Shown here: in pieces, positions 62,056 to 64,000 of the stretch
Position numbering within the stretch: the stretch's first letter is position 1
Layout: each line of letters opens with the position of its first letter
Origin: a virus
IMG/VR virus record: IMGVR_UViG_3300010157_000040
Span: 44,698-108,697 of that record
Direction: 5' to 3' (one strand)
Length of the DNA stretch: 64,000 nt
The notes under the pieces: model-generated
Databases searched by the model: none
The model's input: only the letters and a program-made list of their open reading frames with translations
What the model was told of the DNA's origin: nothing
Translations under genes and position numbers: made by a program

Positions 62056-62766
62056 TTACCAATGTATTGAATAATTATATTGATCTTTTACTAATTTGCT
62101 TATTTTATTAAAAGAATCTTGAGAATCCCATGATTGTTCTTTAGTATAAAATGCTGTAGCAGGATGAGTTAGAAATAGTTTGTAATTGTTATCATTGACA
62201 CAATCTGACCAATCTTTTGCTTCTTTCCCAAGGTAAAGATAAACAATTCCATCTTTATTCCAAGTAAGTAAATCAAAAATATATGCAATAAATGGTTTCC
62301 ATATACTATAATGCTGACCAACTTTTCCAATTGTAGTAGTTAATGCTATGTTTAACATTAATATACCTTGGTTTGACCATCTACTTAAGTCTCCATCAAC
62401 AGATTCTGGATGATTATTGTAAACAGTTTTGTTTATTTCATCCAACATATACTTTAAATTTGACTGAATATCAGTATTACTACAGCTAAAACCAATACCA
62501 TCTGCAACATTAATGTTTGGATACGGATCTGTTCCTACTATAACTACTTTAAGTTCATTATAAGGACATTCTTCAAATGCTTTAAACATTTGTTTTAAGG
62601 GTGGTGTAAATCTTTTACCATCAATAGATAATCTTGCTAATTGAGTAATTATATTATCAAAATCTCCACTAAATATAAATGGTTTAAGTTTTTGTCCCCA
62701 ACCTGACGGTTCAAGTTTATCAAACAATTTTTGTTTAATTTCTTCTATATTTAATTTTTGTTTCAT
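62056..62766 (-). CDS. ung: Uracil-DNA glycosylase (family 1)
   Basis: KVVIVGTDPY, ADGIGFS, L.RW..QGILMLN..LT, H...W..F, THP; ATG at 62766 (MKQKL) preferred. Confidence 0.88.
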   Translation of the reverse strand: MKQKLNIEEIKQKLFDKLEPSGWGQKLKPFIFSGDFDNIITQLARLSIDGKRFTPPLKQMFKAFEECPYNELKVVIVGTDPYPNINVADGIGFSCSNTDIQSNLKYMLDEINKTVYNNHPESVDGDLSRWSNQGILMLNIALTTTIGKVGQHYSIWKPFIAYIFDLLTWNKDGIVYLYLGKEAKDWSDCVNDNNYKLFLTHPATAFYTKEQSWDSQDSFNKISKLVKDQYNYSIHW

Positions 62767-62778
62767 ATATTTGTTAAA
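62766..62778 (+). promoter_or_regulatory. Bacteroidota-type -7 box TATATTTG(TTAAA)
   Basis: TAnnTTTG; 12 of 13 nt identical to TACATTTGTTAAA at 1819; just upstream of the ATG at 62789. Confidence 0.5.
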
Positions 62779-62788
62779 AATTATTATT

Positions 62789-63094
62789 ATGTCAGTTACA
62801 GTAACGGAAATGAAAGATGATGCACTTTTAGATATAAAAGTAAACAAGTCATACTATTTTATGGTTAAAGCAACATCTTTTTATTTATTTAGTAATATGC
62901 CTGAAGGTGATAAAGAAACCATGCTTAAGGAAGTTACAGAAAAAAAATATGAAGACTTGAATGAATGGCAAAGATCATTTTATACAGTAGCATTACTTCT
63001 TGCAGAAATTGAAAAACAAGCAAAAAATACTAATGCATATGTTGAAAGAGAAATTTCACAACCTGGAGATCCAGATTATATAGAATCTAAGTAA
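62789..63094 (+). CDS. Hypothetical protein
   Basis: ATG at 62789 (MSVTVTEMKDDA...); natural composition; fills the gap between ung and the NinB-like gene. Confidence 0.65.
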   Translation: MSVTVTEMKDDALLDIKVNKSYYFMVKATSFYLFSNMPEGDKETMLKEVTEKKYEDLNEWQRSFYTVALLLAEIEKQAKNTNAYVEREISQPGDPDYIESK

Positions 63095-63464
63095 GATCCA
63101 TATTGTAATTTTCTTTACCAATTTGTACACAAGCTTCAATAGCTAGTAACAATTCATCCTTACTACATTCTGCAAAAGATTTGCATAATATTGCACCTCC
63201 TCCATCATAACATAGACCAGATTTTTGTTTTATTAATGTTTTCATTTCATCAAAAGTATAGCCAGATTCTGTAGCTAATTCTCTAATGCATGCATGTACT
63301 TTTGCAAGCTGTGCAACACTTTTATCACTAGAAGTAAGACCCATAAATATTTCTATTTCTTGTCCTTCAGAAAGTTTATCTAAAAACATTTGGTAATTTA
63401 ACTTTGATTTATCATTTAGATAAACTAACTTTCCACTTTGTTTAATTAATTTAGCAGTAAACAT
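63087..63464 (-). CDS. NinB/YbcN-like protein
   Basis: KSVAQLAKVHA...LA..SGYTFDEMK...KS...S..E pattern. Confidence 0.6.
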   Translation of the reverse strand: MFTAKLIKQSGKLVYLNDKSKLNYQMFLDKLSEGQEIEIFMGLTSSDKSVAQLAKVHACIRELATESGYTFDEMKTLIKQKSGLCYDGGGAILCKSFAECSKDELLLAIEACVQIGKENYNMDLT

Positions 63465-63488
63465 ATTGATTATTTTATATTATTAATA

Positions 63489-64000
63489 ATGGGAAAACAC
63501 TCAAAAAACACACATGCAATACACAAAAATACTGATATTGTACATGAATATCTAGAAAAGTTTCCGGAAGCACCTTCTAAAACTTTAGCTAGAAAAATCT
63601 ATTCTGAAAACACTGGTTTCTTTACATCTTTTGAAAGTACTTATAGTAGAGTAAGATATTACAGAGGTCAAATAGGTAAAATACATAGAGATAGAATGAC
63701 AAATGGTGTAAATTCTAAGTTTGTAAAAGAACTAAAAGTTAAAGTTACACAAACTAAATTAGTTTTACCAGAATCACATACAAAAACAAGAAATCAATTT
63801 ACTTTTCCTACAGGATGTATGAGATTAGGTGTTTTTGGTGATGTTCATATACCTTTTCATGATAATACAGCTTTAGAAACAATGTTTACTAAGTTTGAAG
63901 AAGAAAATGTAGACTCTATATTAATTAATGGAGACTTATTAGACTTCTATCAGCTATCATTTCATGAAAAAGATCCAAGAGTAATTCATTTTAAAGATGA
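63489..64000 (+). CDS. Calcineurin-like metallophosphoesterase with N-terminal helical/HTH region, 3'-truncated and not in the ORF track
   Basis: MGKHSKN...LARKIY...GVFGDVHIPFHD...ILINGDLLDFY runs to the window end. Confidence 0.85.
   Translation, partial: MGKHSKNTHAIHKNTDIVHEYLEKFPEAPSKTLARKIYSENTGFFTSFESTYSRVRYYRGQIGKIHRDRMTNGVNSKFVKELKVKVTQTKLVLPESHTKTRNQFTFPTGCMRLGVFGDVHIPFHDNTALETMFTKFEEENVDSILINGDLLDFYQLSFHEKDPRVIHFKD

Larger units (their letters stand above)
1..64000. mobile_element. Fragment of a crAss-like (Crassvirales/phi14:2-type) bacteriophage genome
   Basis: Gene order IHF-like, tail rings, tail stabilisation protein, cargo proteins, giant virion RNAP (DFDVD); convergent block with PolB, primase, DnaB, UDG, AAA/VWA; no host housekeeping genes. 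Confidence 0.9.

Noticed and set aside
62767-62847. N-terminal extension of UDG given by the ORF track
   Set aside because: It overlaps the divergent + strand gene and its promoter; MKQKL at 62766 gives a normal UDG length
1-64000. Stop-codon reassignment (TAG/TGA), known in some crAss-like phages
   Set aside because: Genes up to 10.8 kb are open in the standard code, and both TGA and TAG end genes at sensible positions
1-64000. CRISPR array, tRNA/rRNA genes, introns or inteins, DGR
   Set aside because: Intergenic gaps are too short, no regular repeat-spacer array or reverse transcriptase is seen, and PolB, DnaB and primase have uninterrupted normal lengths

Overview
A 64-kb, very AT-rich fragment of a crAss-like phage genome (Crassvirales / phi14:2-type podovirus). 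The host is probably Bacteroidota, because TAnnTTTG boxes occur and starts are A-rich with no Shine-Dalgarno. It reads in the standard genetic code. The + strand (1-46297) is the late virion block: collagen-like fibre, IHF-like protein, two tail ring proteins, tail stabilisation/muzzle protein, four cargo/ejection proteins, then three giant ejected proteins. The giants are a 1965-aa protein with a PD-(D/E)xK nuclease, a 3607-aa virion RNA polymerase (DFDVD motif) with zincin and AlkB domains, and a 1956-aa zincin/LysM protein. The - strand (46419-62766) is the replication/early block: DUF932-like, PolB, PD-(D/E)xK nuclease, AAA+/VWA-metallopeptidase cluster, GIY-YIG, primase, putative SSB, Sak4-like ATPase, DnaB and UDG. 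A NinB-like gene and a truncated metallophosphoesterase follow. The strongest leads all concern modular delivery of injected cargo. (1) The C-terminus of the virion RNAP holds an in-frame cassette array bounded by three direct repeats (CAACCATCT[AG]CTA[AG]TG = QPS[TA][SN]); one cassette is an intact AlkB dioxygenase with atypical codon usage. (2) Matched C-terminal and N-terminal cysteines sit at the junctions of the three otherwise nearly Cys-free giants, suggesting a head-to-tail linked ejection chain. (3) More than 20 x-x-x-GG motifs partition three cargo proteins into modules, including a SET domain and a lysozyme, as in a polyprotein. All family calls come from motif recognition by eye; no database search was run.
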